Position numbers and translations under genes: made by a program
Notes under the pieces: generated by a model
What the model was told of the DNA's origin: nothing
The model's input: only the letters and a program-made list of their open reading frames with translations
Databases searched by the model: none
Source: Dehalococcoidia bacterium
Lineage (GTDB): Bacteria > Chloroflexota > Dehalococcoidia > Lucifugimonadales > UBA1123
DNA length: 32,004 nucleotides
Assembly (NCBI GenBank): GCA_047515825.1
Contig: JAKZVY010000169.1
Coordinates: 1 to 32,004, forward strand
Direction of reading: 5' to 3'
In this document: positions 1 to 7,953 of the stretch, piece after piece
Position numbering within the stretch: the stretch's first letter is position 1
Layout: each line of letters starts with the position of its first letter

Positions 1-1281
1 TGGGACGACTACAGAGTGCAGATCAAGACAAGACATGGCGAGAGCTTCAACAAGAGTATCGTGGATCACTGCTACAGCTATTGGCAAGTTCATCAACTTC
101 ACTTCATCCAGAAGTATCCAGATCTGTACGAGAATGTAGCCATACTTAATCTCTTGTCAGAAGAGGTCAAACGGAGCATTTTACGCCCGTCTGCACCAAA
201 TACGGAATACCTTACCGACTTCAAAGGAATGCGACACTCTTTTGACGCTCTTTCATTCTGGATTACTGTTTACCAACGTGAGCGCAATCGGACATTCGCG
301 AAGATTGACGAAGCAAATGGTGTCAGGCGTCTTGACGAGGTCCAAGTCGACAATTATCGGGGAAGGCTCACAGGCCTTGCCAGTATGGCAGTAGACCGCT
401 TCGACCTGACTCGCCAAGATTTATACGCGTTCTTGCGCCAACTGATCGGACTTTACGAGGACTACAGGAAAGATGAACGCTATAGGCTCTCAGATGAAAT
501 AGAAAAGGATATTTTCGCTTGTGAGCATGTTATCGGACTGTACGCTGGAGATACACGAGAGAAGATGGCGGACGAACTGTCTGCGCATTACCCTCACTGG
601 AGCGTGCGAACATTTTGTCACTTAGATCTTGCGACTAAGGAGCACGACTATGCAGCAGGCATAATCAATCGTGTCTTGAAACCCTGTATCTCTGAATTAC
701 AAGAACGTTACAAGACTATTTGCTCGTTTTCAGAAGCAGAGAGTAACCATCTCTTGGATTATTGTGAAACAGAAGGATTAGGATTGCTACTGACCGCTCT
801 GGGTGGCATGGTGGCAGTAGGCAATGAAGAAGGTCGCGATAAGTTCCGACGAGTGCAGAGATACATAAATCTAAAAAATGTTCTAACGTCATACGAATAC
901 TTGCTAAAGAGCCTAGGAGAGAAAGCTCACCTAGGTGTTGAGGGCAAGACTCTAACTAAGGCTATCAGAATAGTTATGCAGAAAGAGAACTGGTTTAGCT
1001 TATTTGATGTGAGGGCAAATGGGGGCATCTTGCATGCTAACAACACAGAAGGCTTCTTGAATAATCTAGACACACTGCTTAATGACGATCGGTTAAAGAC
1101 TTCCGTAGAGGGATACTGGGCGCAAATGTTTCTAGTGACATGCCTAGCAAGGAATTGTACTGTTCATTCCTATCCGAGCGAAGACAGGTACTACGGTGAC
1201 TTATTCGGCCCGATGCTGGACGCGGTAATCGTAGCTATGCTTTATACGTGGAAACTCGCGGAAAGTGAGGATTGGGTGTGA
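1..1281 (+). CDS. hypothetical protein, 5' end off-window; C-terminal HEPN-like R-N-x3-H motif
   Basis: Frame 1 is open from nt 1 (WDDYR precedes the GTG at 16) to TGA 1279-1281. The 421+ aa are non-repetitive. LARNCTVHSY (R 1150-1152, H 1165-1167) fits the HEPN Rx4-6H signature near the C-terminus. A sampled line (61-120) is 43% GC, against ~60-70% in neighbouring genes. Confidence 0.6.
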   Translation, partial: WDDYRVQIKTRHGESFNKSIVDHCYSYWQVHQLHFIQKYPDLYENVAILNLLSEEVKRSILRPSAPNTEYLTDFKGMRHSFDALSFWITVYQRERNRTFAKIDEANGVRRLDEVQVDNYRGRLTGLASMAVDRFDLTRQDLYAFLRQLIGLYEDYRKDERYRLSDEIEKDIFACEHVIGLYAGDTREKMADELSAHYPHWSVRTFCHLDLATKEHDYAAGIINRVLKPCISELQERYKTICSFSEAESNHLLDYCETEGLGLLLTALGGMVAVGNEEGRDKFRRVQRYINLKNVLTSYEYLLKSLGEKAHLGVEGKTLTKAIRIVMQKENWFSLFDVRANGGILHANNTEGFLNNLDTLLNDDRLKTSVEGYWAQMFLVTCLARNCTVHSYPSEDRYYGDLFGPMLDAVIVAMLYTWKLAESEDWV

Positions 1282-1352
1282 GTAGGGTCCTGCTCCGCCC
1301 ATCCTGAATTGCTCGGGGAAAACGGAGGCGGAGTGCTATGCCGCCCCTCTGG

Positions 1353-1372
1353 ATTCCGGCGTGCACCGGAAT
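1353..1372. repeat. REP-like hairpin (ATTCCGG-N6-CCGGAAT followed by GAATGACGG)
   Basis: Perfect 7-bp inverted repeat at 1353-1359 / 1366-1372. The flanks tggattcc...ggaatgacgg resemble the arms of the palindrome at 30258-30324. Confidence 0.4.
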
Positions 1373-1448
1373 GACGGTGGGAGTATCGCTCTGGATTTCG
1401 GTTCAGGATCGGAGTGTATGGCAGGCCCTGTGCCCGAGTGACGCTCTG

Positions 1449-1490
1449 GAGCCTGTTTCTGCCGGGTTCGAGGCTTGTGCTACGATGTGT
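1449..1490 (+). promoter_or_regulatory. promoter-like element, copy 1 (TTCTGC-18 nt-TGcTACGAT) upstream of vapBC-1
   Basis: -35-like TTCTGC at 1457-1462, an 18-nt spacer, then an extended -10 TGC+TACGAT at 1478-1486, about 50 nt upstream of the ATG at 1539. The first 19 nt (GAGCCTGTTTCTGCCGGGT) recur exactly at 2424-2442. Confidence 0.4.
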
Positions 1491-1538
1491 AAGCTTGGAT
1501 AGGCACGGGTACGATACCTTGCTGGGAGAGGACTTGGG

Positions 1539-1793
1539 ATGATTGCGAACGTAAAGGCGAGATTCTCCAACGGCGTACTGACGCCGCTCGAGCCGCTCGA
1601 CCTCGAAGAGGGCAAGGAGGTGGTCGTGTCGATAGAGGACGCGCCTCCGCCGGCTAAAGGGAAGGAGTCCATTCTGGAGATGTTCGAGAGGCTCCGCAAA
1701 TCCGTCCCGCCCGAGGCGTGGGACAATATGCCCACGGATGGGGCCAAGAACTACAAGCACTACCTGTACGGTCATCCAAGGGTTGAAGACTAA
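1539..1793 (+). CDS. AF2212/DUF104-type antitoxin (VapB-like), copy 1
   Basis: The N-terminus MIANVKARFSNGVLTPLEPLDLEEGKEV is the hallmark of DUF104 antitoxins that pair with PIN toxins. RBS gggagagg lies upstream. The TAA overlaps the toxin ATG as TAATG. Confidence 0.8.
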   Translation: MIANVKARFSNGVLTPLEPLDLEEGKEVVVSIEDAPPPAKGKESILEMFERLRKSVPPEAWDNMPTDGAKNYKHYLYGHPRVED

Positions 1794-2221
1794 TGACCGT
1801 AGTCTTCGCTGACGCGGGCTACTTCATAGCGAACTTGGACGGCAGAGACCCGTTGCACGAACGGGCGAGGGAGGTGGCTGCGGGGCTGGGATTGTTTAGG
1901 ATCACGACAAGCCAGATGGTCGTTACCGAAGTGCTCAACTACGTGTCACGGGGAGGTGAACACCTTCGGAGCCTTGCCGTGCAGATGGTCCGAGAGTTAG
2001 AGGACAATCCCGATGTCGAAATCGTCCCGCAGACGGATACGCAGTTCAGGAACGCGGTGGAAAGGTACGCTTCTCGAAGCGACCAGAGGTGGAGCCTCAC
2101 CGACTGCGCGAGCTTTCTTCTGATGGAAGAACGGGGCATAACCGAAGCGCTGGCTTATGACCGCGATTTCCAGCAGGCCGGGTTCATCGCCCTACTGCGC
2201 GATGAGTCGCTGACCCCGTGA
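1793..2221 (+). CDS. vapC: type II toxin-antitoxin system VapC family toxin (PIN domain), copy 1
   Basis: 142 aa. PIN acidic residues are at the expected positions (FADAGY, TEVLN, LTDCASF, AYDRDF). It is translationally coupled to the upstream antitoxin. Confidence 0.85.
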   Translation: MTVVFADAGYFIANLDGRDPLHERAREVAAGLGLFRITTSQMVVTEVLNYVSRGGEHLRSLAVQMVRELEDNPDVEIVPQTDTQFRNAVERYASRSDQRWSLTDCASFLLMEERGITEALAYDRDFQQAGFIALLRDESLTP

Positions 2222-2240
2222 ATATCCTCCACGCACTACT

Positions 2241-2393
2241 GATCCGCCGCCGATCGATCGTCTCAAGCAAATGATGGGCAACTTGGCGCGGGCGGACATA
2301 GCAGTCGGCTACTTCTTCATGTCCGGTTTCGACGCCGTGGCGGACAAAACCTCGCGCGGCTGGAGTCCTGGCCTGTATCTGAGTACGGGATAG
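2241..2393 (+). pseudogene. fragment resembling the N-terminus of a PLD-like nuclease/helicase defence protein
   Basis: Reads DPPPIDRLKQMMGNLARADIAVGYFFMSGFDAVADK, then TAG at 2391-2393. The '..A..I.IAvGYFf.SGf' pattern is typical of HKD/PLD-domain N-termini of restriction/helicase proteins. Only ~50 codons remain, with no plausible start. Confidence 0.35.
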
Positions 2394-2423
2394 TTCTACG
2401 CCGGGGTGACGGTCCGGCGCTTC

Positions 2424-2465
2424 GAGCCTGTTTCTGCCGGGTCCGCAGCCTGTGATACGCTATGT
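2424..2465 (+). promoter_or_regulatory. promoter-like element, copy 2 (paralog of 1449-1490)
   Basis: GAGCCTGTTTCTGCCGGGT at 2424-2442 is identical to 1449-1467. An extended -10-like TGA+TACGCT sits at 2453-2461. About 34 of 42 positions match copy 1 by eye. Confidence 0.35.
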
Positions 2466-2508
2466 ATCAGAAACCGACAATAGAAAGTCAGTTCATGCGG
2501 GGGAAGTT

Positions 2509-2872
2509 ATGGCCGTGAAGAGGGAGAATGCACCTTCCAGCCCTGAAGAGCCGGCGAGCGTCCCGCCTCACTTGGCGCAGAGCGTCATAGACAAGATGCG
2601 CGCACGAGGGACGCCACTCGGGGAGTGGGATGTCCGCCGACGCTGACGCGGACACCAGCTATCTGGAGTGGGATATAGACCATCTTGTGTATGACCTGTG
2701 CGGCCTGACGGAAGAGGAGGACACGGCTATAGGGCGCAGTTTGGGCCTGACACGCCAGACCGAGGAGGAGGAAGCCGCGCTGTTCAAATGGATACTGGAA
2801 GGCAGGACAGGAGAGTATGTCAGTAAAGAAGCTGTGATGGAAACCCTAAGAAACCTGCATGGAGGGGATTGA
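2509..2872 (+). pseudogene. collapsed remnant of a type IIG / BREX PglX-like methyltransferase-restriction protein (two frames)
   Basis: ORF 2509-2646 ends ...RGTPLGEWDVRRR, like the start of a TaqI-like specificity domain. Overlapping ORF 2630-2872 contains EWDIDHLVYDLCGLTEEED. That matches the near-C-terminal 'EIDxLVYxLYGLTEEEI' motif of Eco57I-family enzymes. The roughly 1000-aa body of such an enzyme is missing. Confidence 0.5.
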
Positions 2873-2874
2873 AA

Positions 2875-3120
2875 GTGATCGCGAAAATAAAAGCCAGATA
2901 CTCGAACGGCGTTCTAACGCCGCTCGAACCGATTGAGCTCAATGAGGGAGATGAAGTCACTATCTCTGTGGGAACTCGCTCGCCCTTGTCGTCGGAGGAG
3001 AGACGCGAAATGCTGCGGTCTCTCGTGGGCGCATGGAAGGGGCGGGTTGACGGAGAAGCTATGAAGAGACAGATCTACGAAGCCCGACGAGTAGGTTCCC
3101 GGGAAGAGCCGGTTCCTTAG
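2875..3120 (+). CDS. AF2212/DUF104-type antitoxin (VapB-like), copy 2
   Basis: (M)IAKIKARYSNGVLTPLEPIELNEGDEV is paralogous to 1539-1793. GTG at 2875 lies 7 nt after the ggagggg RBS. An alternative TTG start is at 2869. Confidence 0.8.
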   Translation: MIAKIKARYSNGVLTPLEPIELNEGDEVTISVGTRSPLSSEERREMLRSLVGAWKGRVDGEAMKRQIYEARRVGSREEPVP

Positions 3121-3124
3121 TGCC

Positions 3125-3517
3125 GTGGAGTACCTGATCGACTCAGACTGGGTGATTGATTGTCTGAACGGAATCCACAGGGTTGCTCGACGTTTCGACG
3201 AACTGCAACCATATGGGGTGGGTATCAGCATCGTTTCAACCGCAGAACTTTTTGATGGGGCTTATGGCTCGATGGATCCTGAGCGTGAGGAGCTTGTATT
3301 GTCCGAATTCCTCTCTCACCTCGAGGTGGTCAGACTCGACGAAGACGTCTGCCGAATCTTCGCCATGGAACGGCGTAGGTTGAGGGCCGTCGGAACACCT
3401 ATTGGAGATATGGACCTGTTCATTGGTGCAACAGCAATCCGACACGGGTTGACGCTGCTCACCAACAATCGAAGGCACTTCGAGCGCCTGCAGGGCTTGA
3501 GCATTCTTTCTGTGTAA
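3125..3517 (+). CDS. vapC: type II toxin-antitoxin system VapC family toxin (PIN domain), copy 2
   Basis: 130 aa from a GTG start. PIN motifs are LIDSDW, STAEL, GDMDLFIGATA and LLTNNRRHF. It begins 4 nt after the antitoxin stop. Confidence 0.85.
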   Translation: MEYLIDSDWVIDCLNGIHRVARRFDELQPYGVGISIVSTAELFDGAYGSMDPEREELVLSEFLSHLEVVRLDEDVCRIFAMERRRLRAVGTPIGDMDLFIGATAIRHGLTLLTNNRRHFERLQGLSILSV

Positions 3518-3546
3518 CTTCTGAATCAGACTTTCGGAGCTTGTCA

Positions 3547-4452
3547 ATGCCGACTATTCGACACTTGGTGCAGACGGCGCGGATTACGCGGGAGTGGGTG
3601 GAGGGCGACCTGTTCCCGCTGTGCGAGTCGCTGCGGGGTCAGGCGGAGCGCGAACCTGTTATGCGCGGCAAGGCGCTCTATTGCCTGTTCTACGAGCCGA
3701 GCTTCCTGACGCGCACGTCGTTCGAGCGGGCCGCCGGACTGCTGGGAGGGGAGGCACATCACACCGAGGACGCATCGCAGTTTTTCCCGGTACACAATCC
3801 GAGAAACATCGACGACATCACAAGCATCCTGGCCAGCTTGCAGATCGACGTGGTTGTCATCAGGACGGGGGACGCAAATGTAATCGAACGCGCCGCCGCA
3901 GTGGACGCGGTGCCCGTAATCAACGGCGGGAGTCCGAACGATCATCCGACGCAGGCGCTCGCGGACCTGTACACGCTGCACAGGGAGATCGGCGGCATCG
4001 ACGGCAAGACGGTCGCCATCGTTGGCAGGCCGGAACACCGGAATGTCAGCGCCCTGCTCACGGGCCTCGCGATGTTCGACGGGGTGAAGGTGATCGTGGT
4101 GGCGTTCAGCGGCGGTATCCCGGTGGAGATCGTCCAGCATTGCGCAGAGAATGGGCTGAGCCTGACGACGGTGGATGACATATCGGCGGTGTCGGAAGCC
4201 GACGCGATCTACCTCAACGGTCCAAGGACTGCCGCGCACATGCAGCTACTTGTGTCGCGTGGCCACGAGAGGCTGGTGATAGACGAAGCTTTCATGGACT
4301 CGCTCAAGCCGCACTGCATCATCATGGACCCCATGCAGCGTACGGGGGACTTTACGATTGCGGTGGAGGACGAGCGGTTGGCGTTCTACCGCCAGGCCGA
4401 GAATTCGCTTTACGCGCGGATGGCGGTGCTGCACCAGACGTTCGTGGAATGA
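3547..4452 (+). CDS. aspartate/ornithine carbamoyltransferase-fold protein, divergent
   Basis: NDHPTQALADLYTL matches the conserved HPTQ motif, and length and layout match ATCase/OTCase. STRTR is replaced by SFLTR (3700-3714) and HxLP by DPMQ (4327-4338). ATG at 3547 lies 7 nt after ggag; an alternative TTG is at 3541. Confidence 0.75.
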   Translation: MPTIRHLVQTARITREWVEGDLFPLCESLRGQAEREPVMRGKALYCLFYEPSFLTRTSFERAAGLLGGEAHHTEDASQFFPVHNPRNIDDITSILASLQIDVVVIRTGDANVIERAAAVDAVPVINGGSPNDHPTQALADLYTLHREIGGIDGKTVAIVGRPEHRNVSALLTGLAMFDGVKVIVVAFSGGIPVEIVQHCAENGLSLTTVDDISAVSEADAIYLNGPRTAAHMQLLVSRGHERLVIDEAFMDSLKPHCIIMDPMQRTGDFTIAVEDERLAFYRQAENSLYARMAVLHQTFVE

Positions 4453-4458
4453 GGAACG

Positions 4459-5778
4459 CTAGACGGGCGACCAGAATGCGAGAACTCCGGGGGCGAGGAC
4501 TTCGATAGTCCGCATCGGGCCGGTGTCGAGTACGTACACGCGGCTGGCGGACTGCGACCTGAGTCCGGCGTCGACGGCGCGGTCGCGCAGGATTCCCGCG
4601 AACACCAGGTACCGGCTGTCCGGCGACCATGGTTGGTGCGAATAGGCGTATTGGTCGAAGAACTGGAGCACCGTCATCTGGTCCGGGGAAGGTATGAAGT
4701 CGACCAACTCCTCGATCGCTCCAGTCGCTACGTCGAGGATCGTCCAGCCGAGTCCACGCCCCGGACCTCTGAGCGCCGCGAACGCTATTCTTGAGCCGTC
4801 AGGCGACCAGAAGTATGCCAGCACGTTCTGATCGACTCGCACCGTCTCCTGGAAAGAGACACCGTCCAGGATCCTGAGTCCGCGGTATACCAGCACGGGA
4901 GTCCTGCCGTATAGCGCGAGTCGGGCATCGTCCGCAACGGCCAAGTGGGAGCCGTCGCTCGACCAGAGGAATGCGGTGTTCTGCCCTCCCACGGCGGCTG
5001 CCTTTATGTTGACCTTGTTGTCGACCGGCCAGACGGGGACAGTGTACACACCGTGCGCGAGTGTTCCCACGGGGCTGGATGCGGCGATCACATCGTGCCC
5101 GGGACGCCAGGCAGGGACGCGATACCCGTCGGACGGTTCAAGCCAGAGGCTCTTAGCCTTTGGGTCGTCGTCCATCTGGACCAGGAAGTGCTGCCCGCCC
5201 CGGTGTACGGCGAGATGGCCGGAGTCGGATGACCATGACATCCACAACGGACCGCTGTCTAGCAGGAACCGGGGCTCGTCGTCAGTCGTCCTATCGCTGA
5301 GGAAGAGCGACAGCCCACGGTTTTGGGTGACGACCACGAAGGCCAGCTTCTTGCTGTCCGGCGACCAAAGAGGATAGTGAACGACTCCCTCGGCCAGCAG
5401 ACCGGCGAATCCAGGATCGCCTTGATGGACTACGCTGTACTCCTGAGAGATCCTGTCGTAGGAGTCCAGCGCGATGAACTGCTGACCCTGGGCGTCCCTA
5501 GTAACCCTTGAGTAGGCGATGTCGCGCCCGTTCGGGGACCAAGTAGGCCAGGTGAAGACGCCGTCGTCGGGGGTGATCAGAAGCTCCCCCGTACCGTCGG
5601 GGGAGTATGTGCGTATCCGGGCGTCCGAGCCGACGACGGCAATGCGGTTGACTGTGTAGTCGGGGGGCCACTGGAACCCATCTCCCGGGGCACCTGCACG
5701 ACTTCCCACAACGGTCAGCACGATCACCACGGACGCCAGTACGGCCACGCCGGCGTACAGTCTGAACGAGCCGGTCAT
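4459..5778 (-). CDS. PD40/TolB-like beta-propeller repeat protein with N-terminal membrane anchor
   Basis: N-terminal hydrophobic helix (LYAGVAVLASVVIVLTVVG). Recurrent WSP[DN]G / WSPDS / WSSDG motifs typical of PD40 blades. Its ATG overlaps the nadC stop as ATGA at 5775-5778. Confidence 0.8.
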   Translation of the reverse strand: MTGSFRLYAGVAVLASVVIVLTVVGSRAGAPGDGFQWPPDYTVNRIAVVGSDARIRTYSPDGTGELLITPDDGVFTWPTWSPNGRDIAYSRVTRDAQGQQFIALDSYDRISQEYSVVHQGDPGFAGLLAEGVVHYPLWSPDSKKLAFVVVTQNRGLSLFLSDRTTDDEPRFLLDSGPLWMSWSSDSGHLAVHRGGQHFLVQMDDDPKAKSLWLEPSDGYRVPAWRPGHDVIAASSPVGTLAHGVYTVPVWPVDNKVNIKAAAVGGQNTAFLWSSDGSHLAVADDARLALYGRTPVLVYRGLRILDGVSFQETVRVDQNVLAYFWSPDGSRIAFAALRGPGRGLGWTILDVATGAIEELVDFIPSPDQMTVLQFFDQYAYSHQPWSPDSRYLVFAGILRDRAVDAGLRSQSASRVYVLDTGPMRTIEVLAPGVLAFWSPV

Positions 5779-6659
5779 CGCTCGATAGCCATGTCGAGTC
5801 CGACGTTCAGGGCGCGCGCCGAGTGAGTCAGCGCGCCCACAGAGATGATGTCGACCCCGGTCTCAGCAATCGCACGTACAGTCTCAAGCGTTATGCCGCC
5901 GGACGCCTCCAGCACAGCGCGGCCCGCCGCGACCTTGACGGCGGCGGCCATCTGCTCGACTCCCATGTTGTCGAGCAGTACGAGGTCTGCTCCAGCGTCC
6001 AGCACCTCTTCGAGCTGCTCAATGGTCTCGACTTCGATCTCGACCTTGATGGTGTGCGGCGCGCCGTCGAGCGCCCGCCTGACCACGTCGCCAATGCTCA
6101 TGCCCTGGAGCTCCATCGCCTCGATGTGGTTGTCCTTGATCAAGATTCCGTCCGCAAGGTTACGGCGATGGTTCTGTCCGCCGCCCATGACTACAGCGTA
6201 CTTCTCCAGCTTGCGGAGTCCGGGCGTGGTCTTGCGAGTATCCACGATCCGAGCGTCCAAGCCCTTGACCGCATCGACGTAGCGGCTCGTCTCAGTGGCT
6301 ATTCCGCTCAGTCGCTGGACGAAGTTCAGTGCCGTCCGCTCGGCCTTGAGCATAGACGCCACGCTGCCCGTGACGGCCGCGAGTTTGTCGCCGGGGGCGA
6401 CCCTGGAGCCGTCTTCGGTGACGGTCTCGACTTGCAAGCTCGGATCGAGTCGTCGGAACACCGCGGCGGCCACCTCGATACCTGCCAAGACCCCCGGTTC
6501 GCGGGCGGTCATGTCCGCCCTGCCCGACAGGTCGCCGTCTATGAGGATGTCGGTGGTGGGATCACCCATACTCACGTCCTCGGCGAGGGCCGAGTCAATG
6601 ATGTTCAGGATATCGGGGGTAATCAGCACTGTACTTCCCGTTCGTAAAATGAAGCCCAT
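5775..6659 (-). CDS. nadC: carboxylating nicotinate-nucleotide diphosphorylase (quinolinate phosphoribosyltransferase)
   Basis: ALAEDVSMGDPTT, KAERTALNFVQRLSGIAT, DTRKTTPGLRKLEKYAV..GGG.NHR and LIKDNH are classic NadC blocks. Confidence 0.9.
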   Translation of the reverse strand: MGFILRTGSTVLITPDILNIIDSALAEDVSMGDPTTDILIDGDLSGRADMTAREPGVLAGIEVAAAVFRRLDPSLQVETVTEDGSRVAPGDKLAAVTGSVASMLKAERTALNFVQRLSGIATETSRYVDAVKGLDARIVDTRKTTPGLRKLEKYAVVMGGGQNHRRNLADGILIKDNHIEAMELQGMSIGDVVRRALDGAPHTIKVEIEVETIEQLEEVLDAGADLVLLDNMGVEQMAAAVKVAAGRAVLEASGGITLETVRAIAETGVDIISVGALTHSARALNVGLDMAIER

Positions 6660-6718
6660 TCCCGACTGGTTGGGAATGGGCCTTTTGGTCTTCGATTGGC
6701 TAAGAGAGTCCGGCCTGT

Positions 6719-7930
6719 CTATACCACTGCCAACATGCGGTCAAGCGCGACTCTCGCCTCCCGCGCGGCGTCTTCCTCGACCTCGATGCGGTTCACCACG
6801 ACGCCTTCGTTGAGGCCGTCCAGCACCCATGAAAGGTACGCGGGGTGGATCCTGTACATCGTGGAGCAGGGGCAGATAACCGAGTCCAGGCAGAACACCA
6901 GCTTGTCTGGGTTCTCGGCGGCCAGCCTGTTGACTAGGCTGATCTCGGTGCCGATTGCCCACTTCGATCCCGCCGGAGCGTTCGCGATCATGTCCCTGAT
7001 GTACTCGGTGGAGCCGTTGTAGTCGGCTGAGGCCACGACGTCCATTGTGCATTCGGGATGGACGAGGATGTTGACGTCGGGATGCCTGTCGCGCGCCTGC
7101 GCTATCTGATCTACCGTGAACCGTGTGTGGACCGAGCAGTGTCCCTGCCACAGGACGACCTTCGCATCGGCGAGTTGCTGTTCCGTGTTGCCGCCCATCT
7201 CCTTGAACGGGTTCCACAAAACCATCTCATCGACGCCGATGCCCATCTTGAGACCGGTGTTGCGTCCGAGGTGCTGATCGGGCATGAAGAGGACGCGGCT
7301 GCCCCGTTCAAATGCCCACTCGAATGTGGACGGAGCGTTGGAGGAGGTGCAGACGATGCCCTCGTTGCGTCCGCAGAGCGCCTTGATGTCGGCGGTCGAG
7401 TTCATGTAGGTGATCGGAACGATGCCGCCGCGGTCTCCGAGGACATCGGTAAGGTCGTCCCAGCAGTCGAGCACGTCGTCGATCTGGGCCATATCGGCCA
7501 TAGAGCATCCGGCTGTCAGGTTGGGCAGGATGACCTTCTGGTGCGGGCTGCTCAGAATGTCGGCGGTCTCGGCCATGAAGTGGACGCCGCAGAAGATGAT
7601 GTACTCGGCGTCATCCTGCGAGGCGGCGAACTGGGACAACTTGAAGGAGTCGCCCTGGAAGTCGGCGAACCTTATCACCTCGTCACGCTGGTAGTGATGT
7701 CCGAGGATGACGAGCCTGTCCGCCAGTTTCGCCCGCGCCTCGAATATCCTGGAACCGAGGTCTTCCGGCGTCATTCGCATGTATTCGAGCGGCAGCTTCT
7801 GCCAGCGCACGCCCACGGCGAACTCGTCCGCCAGAGTCCTGGACACCAGCTCGTCATCGTCTGTGCAGAACGCTGACTGCTCTATCTCAGTAATCGGAAT
7901 CGTCGGAGTCTTTTTCTCAGCAATTACCAT
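6719..7930 (-). CDS. nadA: quinolinate synthase NadA
   Basis: LGHHYQRDEV, CGVHFMAETADIL, AGCSMADM, VHPEC and CPCSTM are the cysteine and substrate motifs of NadA. It lies immediately upstream of nadC. Confidence 0.9.
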   Translation of the reverse strand: MVIAEKKTPTIPITEIEQSAFCTDDDELVSRTLADEFAVGVRWQKLPLEYMRMTPEDLGSRIFEARAKLADRLVILGHHYQRDEVIRFADFQGDSFKLSQFAASQDDAEYIIFCGVHFMAETADILSSPHQKVILPNLTAGCSMADMAQIDDVLDCWDDLTDVLGDRGGIVPITYMNSTADIKALCGRNEGIVCTSSNAPSTFEWAFERGSRVLFMPDQHLGRNTGLKMGIGVDEMVLWNPFKEMGGNTEQQLADAKVVLWQGHCSVHTRFTVDQIAQARDRHPDVNILVHPECTMDVVASADYNGSTEYIRDMIANAPAGSKWAIGTEISLVNRLAAENPDKLVFCLDSVICPCSTMYRIHPAYLSWVLDGLNEGVVVNRIEVEEDAAREARVALDRMLAVV

Positions 7931-7953
7931 CGTACTCCAATCCTAGGACGAAA

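Noticed and set aside
1388-1475. tRNA/tmRNA-like strings (ctctggatttcggttcagg; ccgggttcgaggc).
   Set aside because: No complementary T-stem or acceptor stem could be formed. The resemblance to GGTTCGA T-loops or tmRNA 5' ends is limited to a few bases.
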